A DNA stretch of 64,000 bases from a virus. Taxonomy: Duplodnaviria > Caudoviricetes. The notes below the pieces were generated by a model that was given only the letters and a program-made list of their open reading frames with translations, was not told the origin of the DNA and did no database searches. Position numbers and translations under genes: made by a program. Position 1 is the stretch's first letter. Every line of letters starts with the position of its first letter. The stretch spans positions 8,277 through 72,276 of the IMG/VR virus record IMGVR_UViG_3300044537_000257; one strand, written 5' to 3'. Below, piece after piece: positions 45,507 through 56,366 of the stretch.

Positions 45507-47918
45507 TTGGACGCAAAACAACAAGCAACAATTGCACCGGCGCATGATCAAGAGTTAAATCTAGCCACCGCAACTTCGCGGCATGTTAAAAAATGGAAAA
45601 ACAAGCCAATGACTTGGAGCGCATTCTTACAAAAGCTACAAACACCGGTTGTGACACCGGAATCGTTAGAAGAGTTCTTAAAACTATCCAAGGCAAAGCA
45701 AGATGATATTAAAGACGTTGGCGGCTATGTTGGTGGCTTTTTAAAAGAGGGTCGCCGTAAAGCAAATTATGTACAGTCTCGATCGATTTTAACCCTAGAT
45801 GTGGACTTTGCTACGCCAACCTTAATCGACGATATTAAGCTGCTGTTTGATAACGAGATGGCGATTTACTCAACACACAAGCATAAGACAGATAAGCCGC
45901 GACTGCGGTTAATTATCCCACTTAAACGGCCTGTGACGCCAGACGAGTATCAGCCTATTGCGCGTAAAGTCGCTGAGCTATTCGGGATGGACTTGTTTGA
46001 TGACACTACCTATCAGCCGGAACGGTTGATGTACTGGCCCAGCCATAGTAGTAACGGAGATTATGTTTTTGAGTATCTACCCGGCGACTGGCTGGATCCG
46101 GACGAAGTGTTAGCTCAATACGATAACTGGCGAGACTCGACTTTTTGGCCTGAGTCATCGCGGCAACGAGAAATATTTGTCAGCGATGCTAAAAAGCAGG
46201 GTGATCCGTTAACTAAAAAAGGTGTGATCGGTGCCTTTAATCGGACTTACGATATTCGCAGCGCGATCGAAAAGTTTCTTCCAGATATCTATACGCCGAC
46301 AGATCACGAAGATCGTTTTACTTACGCGGCAGGGAGTACCGAGGGCGGCTTAGTCCTGTACGATGATAAGTTTGCCTATAGCCACCATGGGACTGACCCA
46401 GTTGGCGATACGCTTAATAACGCGTTTGATCTTGTCCGTAAACAGCTCTTTGGCGATCGTGATGACAAGGCAAAAGACGGTACCACACCGACAAAACTGC
46501 CAAGTTATAGAGCGATGATGGAGTTTTTAAACGATGATGAGGCAACTGTAGCCCAGCTTAAAAGCGAGTTAACCGGTGGCGCTCAAGCGGATTTTGATAG
46601 CACTGATAACGCCGAAAATGACGAACCCGAGGAATGGCTGTCCTTTAGTCTAAATGGTCAACCGATAATCAACACCTATTTACTAGCGCAGCATGTGCTG
46701 GAAAAAGTGCCACTGTTTTATAATGGCCACGAATTTTTATGGTATGACGCTAAGACCGGTATTTGGCGCGACGGAACTGAGGAATTTTTAAAGGGCTACA
46801 TCACGAATGAGTACCTACAAAAATTAACTAAGATCAGCCCTGTACGCGAAACTATTGCTGCGGCACAGGGCATCATCCACGAGGCAAAAGATTTTCCCAG
46901 CGGTAACCTAAACAAGTTAGTCCTAAAAAATGGTGTCTACGATATCATGACTGATGAATTTACCGCTGGCTTTGACCCAGATATCTACGCCCGAACCGGT
47001 CACCCAGTGAAATATGATGCAGCCGCAACGGCACCGACTTTTGATGGTTTTGTGAAGTTTGTGGTCGGCGAAGAAAATGCCCCATTTATTTACGAATGGT
47101 TCGGCTATAGTTTATATCGCCGCTACTCAATCCAGAAAATGCTATTTCTTTACGGCAAGGGTGGCACGGGCAAATCTACCTTACTAAATCTGGCTAAGGA
47201 CATGATTGGTACCGAAAGTTACTCCGCAGTGTCACTGGAGGCTTTGATGACTAAAAACTTTGCCGCGGCTAACTTGTACCAGAAAACAGCTAACTTTGAC
47301 ACAGATGCAAAGCCCGAATTTCTTGGCGACGCAGCTATATTAAAGTCGTTGACTGGCGAGGACACACTTTACGCAGATGTTAAGTTTGCGGATCCATTAA
47401 TGTTTTACAACTTCGCAAAATTGACATTCGCCATGAACGATTTGCCACCGATGCGGGACTTTAGCGGCGGTCTGGAGCGGCGGGCCATTATATTGCGAAC
47501 ACCGAACAAAGTGACAAACAAAATCAAAAAACAATATCCATTGTCAAAAATGCGACAAGAAATTCCAGGTATTTTTAACGCAGCGATGGACGGACTGCGG
47601 CGAGCACTGAAACAGGGTCACTTTACCGAGACCAAAGCGATGCAAGCAGAACTGGATAGCTGGTTACGCGGTAATGACCAGGTGGGTCGCTTTATTGATG
47701 ACATTTGTGAGACCGATGCCAAGGCAAAAACTCCGGTTGAAGATCTTTATAATGCCTACAGCGATTACAGCAGCACGTCGGGTGAAAAACCTTTAGGCAA
47801 GTACAAGTTTTATCGCCGAATTGAGGAGCTCGGATTCGCAAAAGAACAGGGCTCGTCACGTAACGATCGTGGTTGGTACTGGGTCGGAATCAGAGTGGCA
47901 ATTGGCGACTTTAAATAG
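45507..47918 (+). CDS. Primase-helicase (prim-pol N-domain plus D5/P4-type SF3 helicase)
   Basis: LTLDVD...STHKH...RLRLIIP; GKGGTGKST Walker A; FAMN motif C; TTG after AGGAGG. Confidence 0.9.
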   Translation: MDAKQQATIAPAHDQELNLATATSRHVKKWKNKPMTWSAFLQKLQTPVVTPESLEEFLKLSKAKQDDIKDVGGYVGGFLKEGRRKANYVQSRSILTLDVDFATPTLIDDIKLLFDNEMAIYSTHKHKTDKPRLRLIIPLKRPVTPDEYQPIARKVAELFGMDLFDDTTYQPERLMYWPSHSSNGDYVFEYLPGDWLDPDEVLAQYDNWRDSTFWPESSRQREIFVSDAKKQGDPLTKKGVIGAFNRTYDIRSAIEKFLPDIYTPTDHEDRFTYAAGSTEGGLVLYDDKFAYSHHGTDPVGDTLNNAFDLVRKQLFGDRDDKAKDGTTPTKLPSYRAMMEFLNDDEATVAQLKSELTGGAQADFDSTDNAENDEPEEWLSFSLNGQPIINTYLLAQHVLEKVPLFYNGHEFLWYDAKTGIWRDGTEEFLKGYITNEYLQKLTKISPVRETIAAAQGIIHEAKDFPSGNLNKLVLKNGVYDIMTDEFTAGFDPDIYARTGHPVKYDAAATAPTFDGFVKFVVGEENAPFIYEWFGYSLYRRYSIQKMLFLYGKGGTGKSTLLNLAKDMIGTESYSAVSLEALMTKNFAAANLYQKTANFDTDAKPEFLGDAAILKSLTGEDTLYADVKFADPLMFYNFAKLTFAMNDLPPMRDFSGGLERRAIILRTPNKVTNKIKKQYPLSKMRQEIPGIFNAAMDGLRRALKQGHFTETKAMQAELDSWLRGNDQVGRFIDDICETDAKAKTPVEDLYNAYSDYSSTSGEKPLGKYKFYRRIEELGFAKEQGSSRNDRGWYWVGIRVAIGDFK

Positions 47919-47924
47919 CGATTA

Positions 47925-48202
47925 TGTGCACAACATTTTTTGTTCAATTGTTGTGCACCTTACTAAAAGTAAGTATAAAAAGTAAGAGCTAACTAAAAGT
48001 AAGCGAAATGTGCACAGGATTGTTGTGCACCAGTAAAAAAGTTGTGCACATCAGAACGTTATCATATCAAGGCTAACTGACTGATGTGCACAACAACTTA
48101 ACTTTTTCTACTATTATATATAAAAATCAAATAAAGGGTATATAGAGAGATAAATAGTATATATACAGAGTAATAGTAATTAGTTGAAAAATGTTGTGCA
48201 CA
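47925..48202. repeat. Iteron-like array, putative origin of prophage 2
   Basis: Seven TGTGCAC(A) copies (47925, 47952, 48009, 48024, 48043, 48085, 48195) plus AAAAGTAAG repeats and an AT-rich tract. Confidence 0.7.
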
Positions 48203-48212
48203 TAAAAGTGAG

Positions 48213-48515
48213 GTGATTTTTTTGGAGCTAGAAAAGGACGTGGAAAGCTACCTAAAACGAAAGGTTAAAGCTCAGGGTGGTTTGTCTTATAAATTTGTGT
48301 CACCCGGTCAACGCGGTGTGCCTGATCAACTGATCCTGTACCAGGGACAAGTCATGTTTGCTGAGATCAAAAAATCCGATGGTGCACTACGGCCAACGCA
48401 AAAGGTCCAAATACGTAAAATGCAACAGCACGGCGCCAGCATTTTCGTACTGTGGTCCAAGCATGATGTGGATGAGATGATCAAAAAAATGCGACGACTT
48501 TATAAAGGACGGTGA
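48213..48515 (+). CDS. VRR-NUC domain nuclease
   Basis: EKDVE.YL...GG...KFVSPG..GVPD......F.EIK. Confidence 0.9.
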   Translation: MIFLELEKDVESYLKRKVKAQGGLSYKFVSPGQRGVPDQLILYQGQVMFAEIKKSDGALRPTQKVQIRKMQQHGASIFVLWSKHDVDEMIKKMRRLYKGR

Positions 48516-48522
48516 TTAAAAA

Positions 48523-49905
48523 ATGCAAGCAACACTACACCCATATCAACGGTATTCAGCAACTTGGATCGAGGAACATCCATACTGCGCCTTACTGTTA
48601 GATATGGGACTTTAACTAGGCAAAACCTTATCCACGTTGACGGCACTGCACGAATTGATGAAAGATTTTGAGTTGATCGATAAAACACTAGTGATCGCAC
48701 CACTTAAAGTTGCTATCGAGACTTGGCCGGCCGAGCTTAAAAAGTGGGACGCCTTCCATGATTTCTCCTGTTCCGTGATCACGGGTAAACCCGCCAAACG
48801 ATTAGCTGCTTTAGACCAACCCGCCGACCTTTATATCATTAACCGAGAAAATGTAGTGTGGTTGGCCGAACTTTATAAAAAGCAGTGGCCATTTAAAACA
48901 GTGGTGATCGATGAGCTATCCAGCTTTAAATCTAGCAAGTCCAAGCGGTTTAAAGCTTTACGTAAGGTTCGACCATTAATGGATCGCGTGATTGGGCTAA
49001 CAGGGACACCAGCGCCTAACACCTTAATGGATCTTTGGCCACAAATCTATTTATTGGATGGTGGCCAACGTTTAGGCAAGACGATCACGGCATATCGCAA
49101 TCGATATTTTTATCCGGCATCCTCATCGGGTCATGTTGTTTACAGTTGGGCGCTTAAGCCCGGCGCCGAGGATGAGATCTATAATGCCATCGCTGATATT
49201 TGTGTCAGCATGAAGGCCAAGGACTATTTAAAATTGCCGCAGCGGATTAATCAGACGATAATGGTGACCTTAAAACCTAAAGAGCGACAACAATACGACG
49301 AGCTGGAAAAGTCCTTAGTATTGGAGTTAAACGGGACTGAGGTCATGGCCGCCAATGCGGCAGTTTTAACCAATAAATTACTGCAAATGGCTAACGGTGC
49401 AATTTATGATGATGACCATAAAGTCCAATTGATCCACAACGCCAAGTTAGATGCTTTGGAGCAAATTATCGAGGAGGCAAATGGTCAGTCGGTGTTAGTG
49501 TTTTACAATTATCAGCATGATCTAGATCGGATCAAGCAGCGACTGCCACTAGCCCATAAATTGGAAACCGGCGATGTCGAAAAGTGGAACCACGGTGAGA
49601 TCCCAATCTTATTAGCCCACCCGCAGTCATCGGGACACGGGCTTAACTTACAGCAGGGTGGCCACATTATTGTCTGGTTTAGCTTGACATGGTCTTTAGA
49701 GTATTATCAACAGGCTAATGCCAGGTTAGACCGACAAGGCCAAACCAAGCCCGTGACTGTTTACCATCTAGTCACCAAGGGCACCCTAGACGAAAGAGTA
49801 ATGACCGTTTTACAAAGCAAAGCCGCTGGCCAAGATGAGCTTTTAAACGCTGTCAAAGCCAGGATTAAATCAATTAGGGGTGAAATAGGTGGAAAAATTA
49901 AGTAA
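48523..49905 (+). pseudogene. SNF2-like helicase with in-frame stop in Walker A
   Basis: MQATLHPYQ...LDMGL-TAA(48613)-LGKT...IDE...GHGLNLQ; 6 extra nt relative to DMGLGKT. Confidence 0.85.
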
Positions 49906-50413
49906 AGAGCAGTTAAGTATCATCACTTCAGAGGTTATTAAAAATTTGGACCACGAGAAACGTAAACGGGTGACTGCTGAAAAAGATTCACGTTTACGTA
50001 ACACACGGATTTTAGTGCGATCATACCCCAAGCTTAAAGCGCATACGGCAACACAGCCGGAGGTGTTTCTTGATGACGATATCTATGAGATGATCACCGG
50101 TGTCAAAATCAGCGATCACGAACTCGCAAAATATCACATTAAAACCAAGCATTTGCTGGAGTATGTCGATACAATTTTAGCTGCCTATAAACAGGTTTGT
50201 CTTGGTGGTGACGAGAGTGATAAGCGTCGGTGGCAGATTATGTATGACACGTATTTAAGCGATCATCGTTTACGTATGGCGGATCAAGCAAATAGGTGGA
50301 ATGTAGACAAAAGCACGATTAGCCGGGAGTGCGCAAAAGCAATCCAAGAGTTATCGGTAACCATGTTTGGGATAGCGGGGTTAGCTGATTTTTTATCTGA
50401 CTGGATCGCCTAG
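49889..50413 (+). CDS. Late transcription regulator (sigma region-4-like C-terminus)
   Basis: RLRNTRILVRSY...NVDKSTISRE; precedes late promoter. Confidence 0.7.
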   Translation: MEKLSKEQLSIITSEVIKNLDHEKRKRVTAEKDSRLRNTRILVRSYPKLKAHTATQPEVFLDDDIYEMITGVKISDHELAKYHIKTKHLLEYVDTILAAYKQVCLGGDESDKRRWQIMYDTYLSDHRLRMADQANRWNVDKSTISRECAKAIQELSVTMFGIAGLADFLSDWIA

Positions 50414-50493
50414 CCCATGCAACAAATCCGCACCCAAATGCGTATGAATAAATGATATTATGATATTGTCAAAATAAACTGATGACAGGGCTA

Positions 50494-50643
50494 GCTTAAC
50501 TAAGGATGTCGTTAACCAAAATCTAAAAAAATTCAGTTCAATCGCAAGCTTTAGTCAAGCAAGTCGAGTCCCTCCAAACCAATTTTTGACACAGTTTAAT
50601 TATAGTTGCCGCTTAGGAGCGTCCAGTAATGGGCGTTCTTTTT
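50494..50643 (+). ncRNA. Candidate late-leader structured RNA (copy 2)
   Basis: 11/12-bp stem (50494-50505/50549-50560) around the same 43-nt core; terminator at 50615-50643. Confidence 0.5.
50615..50643 (+). terminator. Intrinsic terminator-like hairpin
   Basis: AGGAGCGTCCA-GTAA-TGGGCGTTCTT then TTT; homologous to 8366..8394. Confidence 0.7.
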
Positions 50644-50676
50644 ATACATATTTAGCCAGAAAGCGAGGTGGTAAGA

Positions 50677-51102
50677 GTGGGACTAACGGTTAAACAGCAA
50701 AAATTTATCGACGCTTTTATTGAGCAGGGTAATGCCACCCAAGCCGCTATCAGCGCTGGCTACAGTAAAAAAACAGCAGCACAACAGGGCGCAGAAAACC
50801 TTAAAAAACCTTATGTTAAGGCTGCAATCGATGATAGGATGGCTAAAATTGAGTCGGACAAGGTTGCCGGCCAAAAAGAAGTTATGGAATATCTGACTAG
50901 GGTATTGCGCGGCAAAGAAACCGAGACAGTGGTCACGCCTAAGGGCTTAGTTATTGATGATGTACCGCCAAAAATATCGGACCGGAACAAAGCAGCGGAA
51001 TTGATCGGTAAGCGACACCAGATGTGGACTGATAATGTTAATGTCAATTCCGGTGATATCAAGATTACAATTGGCGGAGATGATAAAAATGGCATTGATT
51101 GA
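50677..51102 (+). CDS. terS: Terminase small subunit (Terminase_2)
   Basis: LTVKQQKFIDAFIEQGNATQAAISAGYSKKTA. Confidence 0.93.
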   Translation: MGLTVKQQKFIDAFIEQGNATQAAISAGYSKKTAAQQGAENLKKPYVKAAIDDRMAKIESDKVAGQKEVMEYLTRVLRGKETETVVTPKGLVIDDVPPKISDRNKAAELIGKRHQMWTDNVNVNSGDIKITIGGDDKNGID

Positions 51103-52348
51103 GATTAATATCCCTAAGCCAGATAAAGTCTTTAATCCGCAATTTTATCAACGTTTGTTTGATTATGACAATTTTACTGAGGTTTATTATGGTGGTGCCA
51201 GTTCCGGCAAAAGTCACGGTGTGGTTCAAAAAGTCATTATAAAGGCATGCCAGCCATGGAAGTTTCCCCGCAAGGTATTATGGTTACGTAAAGTCGGGAC
51301 TTCAGTCCGTGATTCCATTTTTGAGGATGTTAAGCAGGGGCTGGAAACATTAGGTTTGTTAAAGTATTGCAATATAAATAATTCAAATTTTGAGATACGG
51401 TTACCTAATGGTGCCATATTTCTGTTTAAAGGGATGGATGATCCCGAAAAAATCAAGTCAATCAAAGGCTTATCTGATGTAGTAATGGAGGAGGCTACCG
51501 AGTTTACTCTAGAGGATTACACTCAGTTAACTTTGCGTGTCCGTGAACGCAAGCATCCCCATAAGCAGCTATTCTTAATGTTCAATCCAGTTAGTAAACT
51601 TAACTGGGTTTACAAACATTTCTTTGAGGTGCAGCAAGACGATACAAAGGTTATCCAGTCAACTTATCACGATAATCATTTCCTCGATGACCGGACACGG
51701 CGAAACATTGCAGCACTGGAAAAAACAAATCCTGCTTATTATCGGATCTACGCATTAGGCGAGTTTGCAACTTTGGACAAATTAGTATTTCCAAATTTTG
51801 AAGTACAACGGCTTAATCGGGATGCTAATGATCTGGTGCGATTACCGTCAATGTTTGGACTTGATTTCGGCTACACTAATGATCCGTCCGCCTTTATTCA
51901 CGTAAAAGTTGATCAACAAAATAAAGTTATTTATTTTGTTGAAGAGTATGTCCGCAAGCATTTGCTTAATGATCAGATCGCCCAAGCTATCCGACAAATG
52001 GGTTATGCCAAGGAAGTAATTACAGCTGATGCAGCCGAAAAAAAGTCAATTGCTGAAATTAGACGCGACGGTGTGCCTAGAATCCGTGAAGCTAAGAAAG
52101 GCCCTGATTCTATCGTTCAGGGCATCGGCTTTTTACAGCAATATAAATTTATTGTTGATGATCGATGTGTAAAGTTAATCGAAGAGCTGGAGAATTATAC
52201 GTTTATCAGAGATAAAAAGACCGGCGAATATACTAACAAGCCGATTGACTCTTATAATCATGTGATTGATGCAGTGCGCTACGCTGTGGAAGAGATCAAT
52301 GGTAAGGCAACGCCGAAAGCGCGGCTAATTAGAAATATGTATTATTAG
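51089..52348 (+). CDS. terL: Terminase large subunit (PBSX family)
   Basis: YGGASSGKS, MEEATE, GLDFGYTNDP, HVIDAVRY. Confidence 0.95.
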   Translation: MALIEINIPKPDKVFNPQFYQRLFDYDNFTEVYYGGASSGKSHGVVQKVIIKACQPWKFPRKVLWLRKVGTSVRDSIFEDVKQGLETLGLLKYCNINNSNFEIRLPNGAIFLFKGMDDPEKIKSIKGLSDVVMEEATEFTLEDYTQLTLRVRERKHPHKQLFLMFNPVSKLNWVYKHFFEVQQDDTKVIQSTYHDNHFLDDRTRRNIAALEKTNPAYYRIYALGEFATLDKLVFPNFEVQRLNRDANDLVRLPSMFGLDFGYTNDPSAFIHVKVDQQNKVIYFVEEYVRKHLLNDQIAQAIRQMGYAKEVITADAAEKKSIAEIRRDGVPRIREAKKGPDSIVQGIGFLQQYKFIVDDRCVKLIEELENYTFIRDKKTGEYTNKPIDSYNHVIDAVRYAVEEINGKATPKARLIRNMYY

Positions 52349-52359
52349 GAGGTGTTATT

Positions 52360-53733
52360 ATCCAAATTACAGGCACAGTACAAGGGGCTGGCTCAGTTGA
52401 CGAACGGGGACTATTCCTTTATCCGGCGGAAGTCGATTTAACCGAACAGGATTTAAAGAACTTTATTGATTTTCATAACGGCAGTATGACCAAAGAGTAC
52501 AAGACAAATTATAAATTCTACTCCGGTGATCATGATGTGCTACACGCAAAGCCACGTGGTGGCAATCGCCCGGACAACCATATTGTTTATAATCTATGTA
52601 ACTACGCCGTTGATTCATTCAACGGTTATTTTATTGGTATCCCGCCTAAAATTGGATTCGACGATCAAAAGGCTAATACTGAGCTGCAAAGTTGGCAGGA
52701 CCTGAATTCGTTTCAGGATCAGCTATCTGAGCTGAGTAAGCAGGCAGATATTTACGGACGTTCTTATTTACTCGCTTATCAAGATGAGGATAGCCAGACA
52801 CGGGTGGCAGTTGTTAACCCACAACAGGCGTTTATGATTTATGATGACTCAATCCAGCACAAACGGATCGCGTTCGTACGTTATTGGTTTAATAATGATC
52901 AGCAGATGCAGGGGGATATCTACTTTAAGGACCAGTCATATCATTTTGGCAATGATGGTCATTTTGGCGATGAGACACCTAATCTATTTCATATGGTGCC
53001 AGCGATTGAATTTGTCGAAAATGAGGACCGTCTCGGTATCGTAGGTCAAATTGAATCGCTGAATGATGCACTTGATCGGGCCATGAGTCAAAAGGCAAAT
53101 CAAAACGAGTACTTCGACAACGCCTATATGCTTATCCGCGGCATGCAATTACCGGAAGACGAAGAAACTGGCTTACCGAAGCTTAATCTGGATGGTAATC
53201 AGATTATTTATGCGCCAGATGCTACAGACGGGGATGCGAGTTTCCTGACTAAGCCCGACGGCGATCAGATGCAGGAAAATCACATTAATCGGTTGATTGA
53301 TTCCATTTTTCAGGTGGCTAAGGTTGCCAACATGAAAGATGAGTCCTTTGCCGGTGATAGTTCTGGTGTAGCCATTAAGTACAAACTGTTGCCGATGCAG
53401 AACGCGGCTGTTAATAAAGAGCGCAAGTTTACGCAAGCGTTACGGCAGTTTTATGAAATCGTCTTTGCTATCGCGTCTCCACAGCTCAACATTAAAGACT
53501 TATCCTTTAAGTTCACCCGCAACTTACCAGTGAATCTAGCCGACGAAGCCGATACGGCGCAAAAGCTGGACGGCGTTGTCAGTCAAGAAACTCAGCTTAA
53601 GACACTGTCAATTGTTGACGATCCGCAGGCCGAAATTAAAAAGATGGCTGCGGAAGATGAAGTGAAAATGAAGTCAGCAATGCTGTCAAGCCAGACCGGT
53701 TACCCAAAAGTGGGTGATAATGATGGCGAGTAA
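52360..53733 (+). CDS. Portal protein, probable non-AUG start
   Basis: Near-identical to portal 1 including the ATC-initiated 42-codon extension. Confidence 0.92.
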   Translation: MQITGTVQGAGSVDERGLFLYPAEVDLTEQDLKNFIDFHNGSMTKEYKTNYKFYSGDHDVLHAKPRGGNRPDNHIVYNLCNYAVDSFNGYFIGIPPKIGFDDQKANTELQSWQDLNSFQDQLSELSKQADIYGRSYLLAYQDEDSQTRVAVVNPQQAFMIYDDSIQHKRIAFVRYWFNNDQQMQGDIYFKDQSYHFGNDGHFGDETPNLFHMVPAIEFVENEDRLGIVGQIESLNDALDRAMSQKANQNEYFDNAYMLIRGMQLPEDEETGLPKLNLDGNQIIYAPDATDGDASFLTKPDGDQMQENHINRLIDSIFQVAKVANMKDESFAGDSSGVAIKYKLLPMQNAAVNKERKFTQALRQFYEIVFAIASPQLNIKDLSFKFTRNLPVNLADEADTAQKLDGVVSQETQLKTLSIVDDPQAEIKKMAAEDEVKMKSAMLSSQTGYPKVGDNDGE

Positions 53734-54607
53734 TAGTTATTGGATCGATCGCGAAAAAAAGAATATCCAGCAAAACCTAAAGGCAGACGCCAGCTTTGCT
53801 AAGGAATTACGAAATGAGTATTCCGCTGCGCGGAAGGATATTCAAGCAATGATTGCCGAGAATTATGAGCGTTTAGCAGCTAAAGAACATATTTCGTTGG
53901 CTGAGGCAAAGAAACGGGTCTCAAAACTAGATGTACAGGATTTTAGTGACACTGCCGCGAAGATGGTCAAAGAGAAAGACTTTTCACCGGAAGCTAATGA
54001 ACGATTACGGCTTTATAATGCGACGATGCGCATTAATCAGCTTGAGAATCTAAAAAGTCAGATTGGGTTAAAACTGATTGGTACCCATTCAAAACTGATT
54101 GAGAAAATTGCCACATGGCTAACTAAAAAGTATCGTGGTGAGATCGAGCGTCAAGCCGGTATCTTAGGTGAGGATCGTTTAAAGATTTCCGATGATGAAA
54201 TAAAACAGATCATCAAAGCTTCGTTTCATAACGCCACATGGTCACAACGTATCTGGGCAAGTCAAGATGAGCTTAAAGCACGACTGGATGTTTTGCTACG
54301 GCGATCGCTGATTAATGGTACTGGGCCACGTGCACTAGCTGGTCAATTACGGCAGACGTTTGATGTTAGTGCCGCCCAGGCAGAGCGATTAATGCGGACG
54401 GAGACGGCTAGAGTCCAGGATTCGGCCAGTATGGATATGTTTGAAAAATATAACATTAAGCAGGTCAAATGGGTTGCAGAACCTAGTGCTTGTCGAATTT
54501 GTCTTGATATAGCTAGTCATAATGATGGGATTTATGACTTAGACGATGTACCAATCATCCCAGCACACGCAAATTGCCGCTGTGCTAAAGCAGCATATGT
54601 TGATTAA
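53723..54607 (+). CDS. Minor head protein (SPP1 gp7/MuF), short form
   Basis: ERLMRTETARV...HANCRCAKAAYVD*. Confidence 0.9.
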   Translation: MASNSYWIDREKKNIQQNLKADASFAKELRNEYSAARKDIQAMIAENYERLAAKEHISLAEAKKRVSKLDVQDFSDTAAKMVKEKDFSPEANERLRLYNATMRINQLENLKSQIGLKLIGTHSKLIEKIATWLTKKYRGEIERQAGILGEDRLKISDDEIKQIIKASFHNATWSQRIWASQDELKARLDVLLRRSLINGTGPRALAGQLRQTFDVSAAQAERLMRTETARVQDSASMDMFEKYNIKQVKWVAEPSACRICLDIASHNDGIYDLDDVPIIPAHANCRCAKAAYVD

Positions 54608-54724
54608 AAATAGCTAGCACCTGTCAAAAAACGATGAGTGCTATTTTTACGCCCTTTTTCCCGTGCTGCAGGGCTAAAAGAACGACCGGAGATTGTCTCC
54701 CTAGACGTTAAACTGGAGGGCCTT

Positions 54725-55336
54725 ATGGCAGAACTGAACGAAACAAACAACCAAAAGCCAATTGAAAATGAAGAAAATAACAATGAAACCGTAGATACAA
54801 CTGCTGCAGAAGTTGAAAATCATCAAGAAACTGATGATAAAGCGGATAAAATTGTTGAAAAACTTCAAAAACGGATTGGCGAAGAACAAGCTAAGAAGAA
54901 TGAGTATAAGGATCAGCTTAATGATGCGCTAACTCGTATCGCAAAGCTTGAAAAGGGTGAAGACCCTGATAAACCAGCACCAAAAGACGAAAAGGATGAA
55001 CGAATTGCGGCCCTTGAAGCACAGATCAAGCGTCGTGATATCACTGAACAAGCCCGCGATGTGCTAGTTAGCAGTGGGATGAACGTGCCATCTGATGTGT
55101 TGGACCGGCTTGTGTCGGATGACAACAAAGCAACGCTGGCCAACGTTAAATCTTTTGTGACTTATATCCAATTGGTGCGTGAAGATGCACGCAAAGAACT
55201 CTTAGCTGGGACCACGCCTAAGGATGCACCAACCGGCGGCACCACTAAGAAGTTAAAGGATATGTCTTTAGCTGAGCGTAGTCAGTTAGCATCCGAGGAT
55301 ATGGCGCTTTATCAACAATTGCGCCAACAAAAATAG
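54725..55336 (+). CDS. Capsid scaffold protein
   Basis: Near-identical to 14374..14982 after the N-terminus. Confidence 0.88.
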   Translation: MAELNETNNQKPIENEENNNETVDTTAAEVENHQETDDKADKIVEKLQKRIGEEQAKKNEYKDQLNDALTRIAKLEKGEDPDKPAPKDEKDERIAALEAQIKRRDITEQARDVLVSSGMNVPSDVLDRLVSDDNKATLANVKSFVTYIQLVREDARKELLAGTTPKDAPTGGTTKKLKDMSLAERSQLASEDMALYQQLRQQK

Positions 55337-55352
55337 AAAGAAGGAATTTTAA

Positions 55353-56366
55353 ATGCCAGAATTTACTGGAGCAACCGACAAATCAAAATTAATCGAACCT
55401 GTTGTGTTTGCCGATTATATTATCGAAAAATCTACCGCCACTAATCGCTTATTAACTAGCGGTATTTTAACCAACGATCCATTGATCCAAGCTCAATTAC
55501 TACAAGGCGGAACCTTTATCACTATCCCCGCTATGATGCCATTAGGTGCTGATGTCCAAACGTGGAATGACAGCAAAGATATCGCAGTTAACGACTTGAC
55601 AACTGAAAGCTCAAATGCAATTAAGATGTACCAAGCACAGGCTTTCGGCTACACCGACTTTGGTGCATTAACGACGGGATCACCCGTTGCTGAAGCCATT
55701 GCTGGGCAGTTCAGTACCTACTGGAATATTCAAGATAACAAGTTAATCATTGCTGTGTTAGCTAACGCATTTAAAAATGCTGATTTACTAACGGCTAAAT
55801 CCTATGGCGTTGCAACACCTGCTGAATTAAAGGCTGGAGATTTCTTGGCCGCAATCTCGCGTATGGGGGACATTGCGTCACCGACATTAGTTAAATTAAT
55901 CGTTAACTCAGCAACTTTAGGTGCAATGCGTGAGCAAAACTTGATCGATGATATTCAACCATCTACCGGCGGTGCACCAATTTCGACCTACAACAACATG
56001 CAGATTATCACTGATGATGCCATTCCATTGGCAGCTGATGGCACAACTGATGCTTATATCACCGCTAACGGCGCAATTGCCTATGGTTTAGCATCACCAG
56101 CTAATGCCATTGAAACAAAACGTGATGCGCTAGGTAATGGTGGTCAAAACGCAGTCATCAACCGCCGTGTATTGTCCATGCAAGTTAAAGGGACCGGCTT
56201 TACGGATACAACTAAAGCAGCAAACGTTGGTATCAGCACTTATAATGATTCTTCCACGTCATTATTTAGCATTACTGGCGATCCACGTAATATCGGAGTT
56301 GTCGATTATCGCTTTAAAATTGATCCTAAGTTTGTGGTTGGCGGCATCAACAGCCCAAAAGCGTAA
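55353..56366 (+). CDS. Major capsid protein
   Basis: 337 aa, few substitutions versus MCP 1. Confidence 0.9.
   Translation: MPEFTGATDKSKLIEPVVFADYIIEKSTATNRLLTSGILTNDPLIQAQLLQGGTFITIPAMMPLGADVQTWNDSKDIAVNDLTTESSNAIKMYQAQAFGYTDFGALTTGSPVAEAIAGQFSTYWNIQDNKLIIAVLANAFKNADLLTAKSYGVATPAELKAGDFLAAISRMGDIASPTLVKLIVNSATLGAMREQNLIDDIQPSTGGAPISTYNNMQIITDDAIPLAADGTTDAYITANGAIAYGLASPANAIETKRDALGNGGQNAVINRRVLSMQVKGTGFTDTTKAANVGISTYNDSSTSLFSITGDPRNIGVVDYRFKIDPKFVVGGINSPKA

Noticed and set aside
47925-48202. Link between TGTGCACA iterons and TGTGCAAA integrase arm sites
   Set aside because: Different arrangement and context; the similarity is probably coincidental
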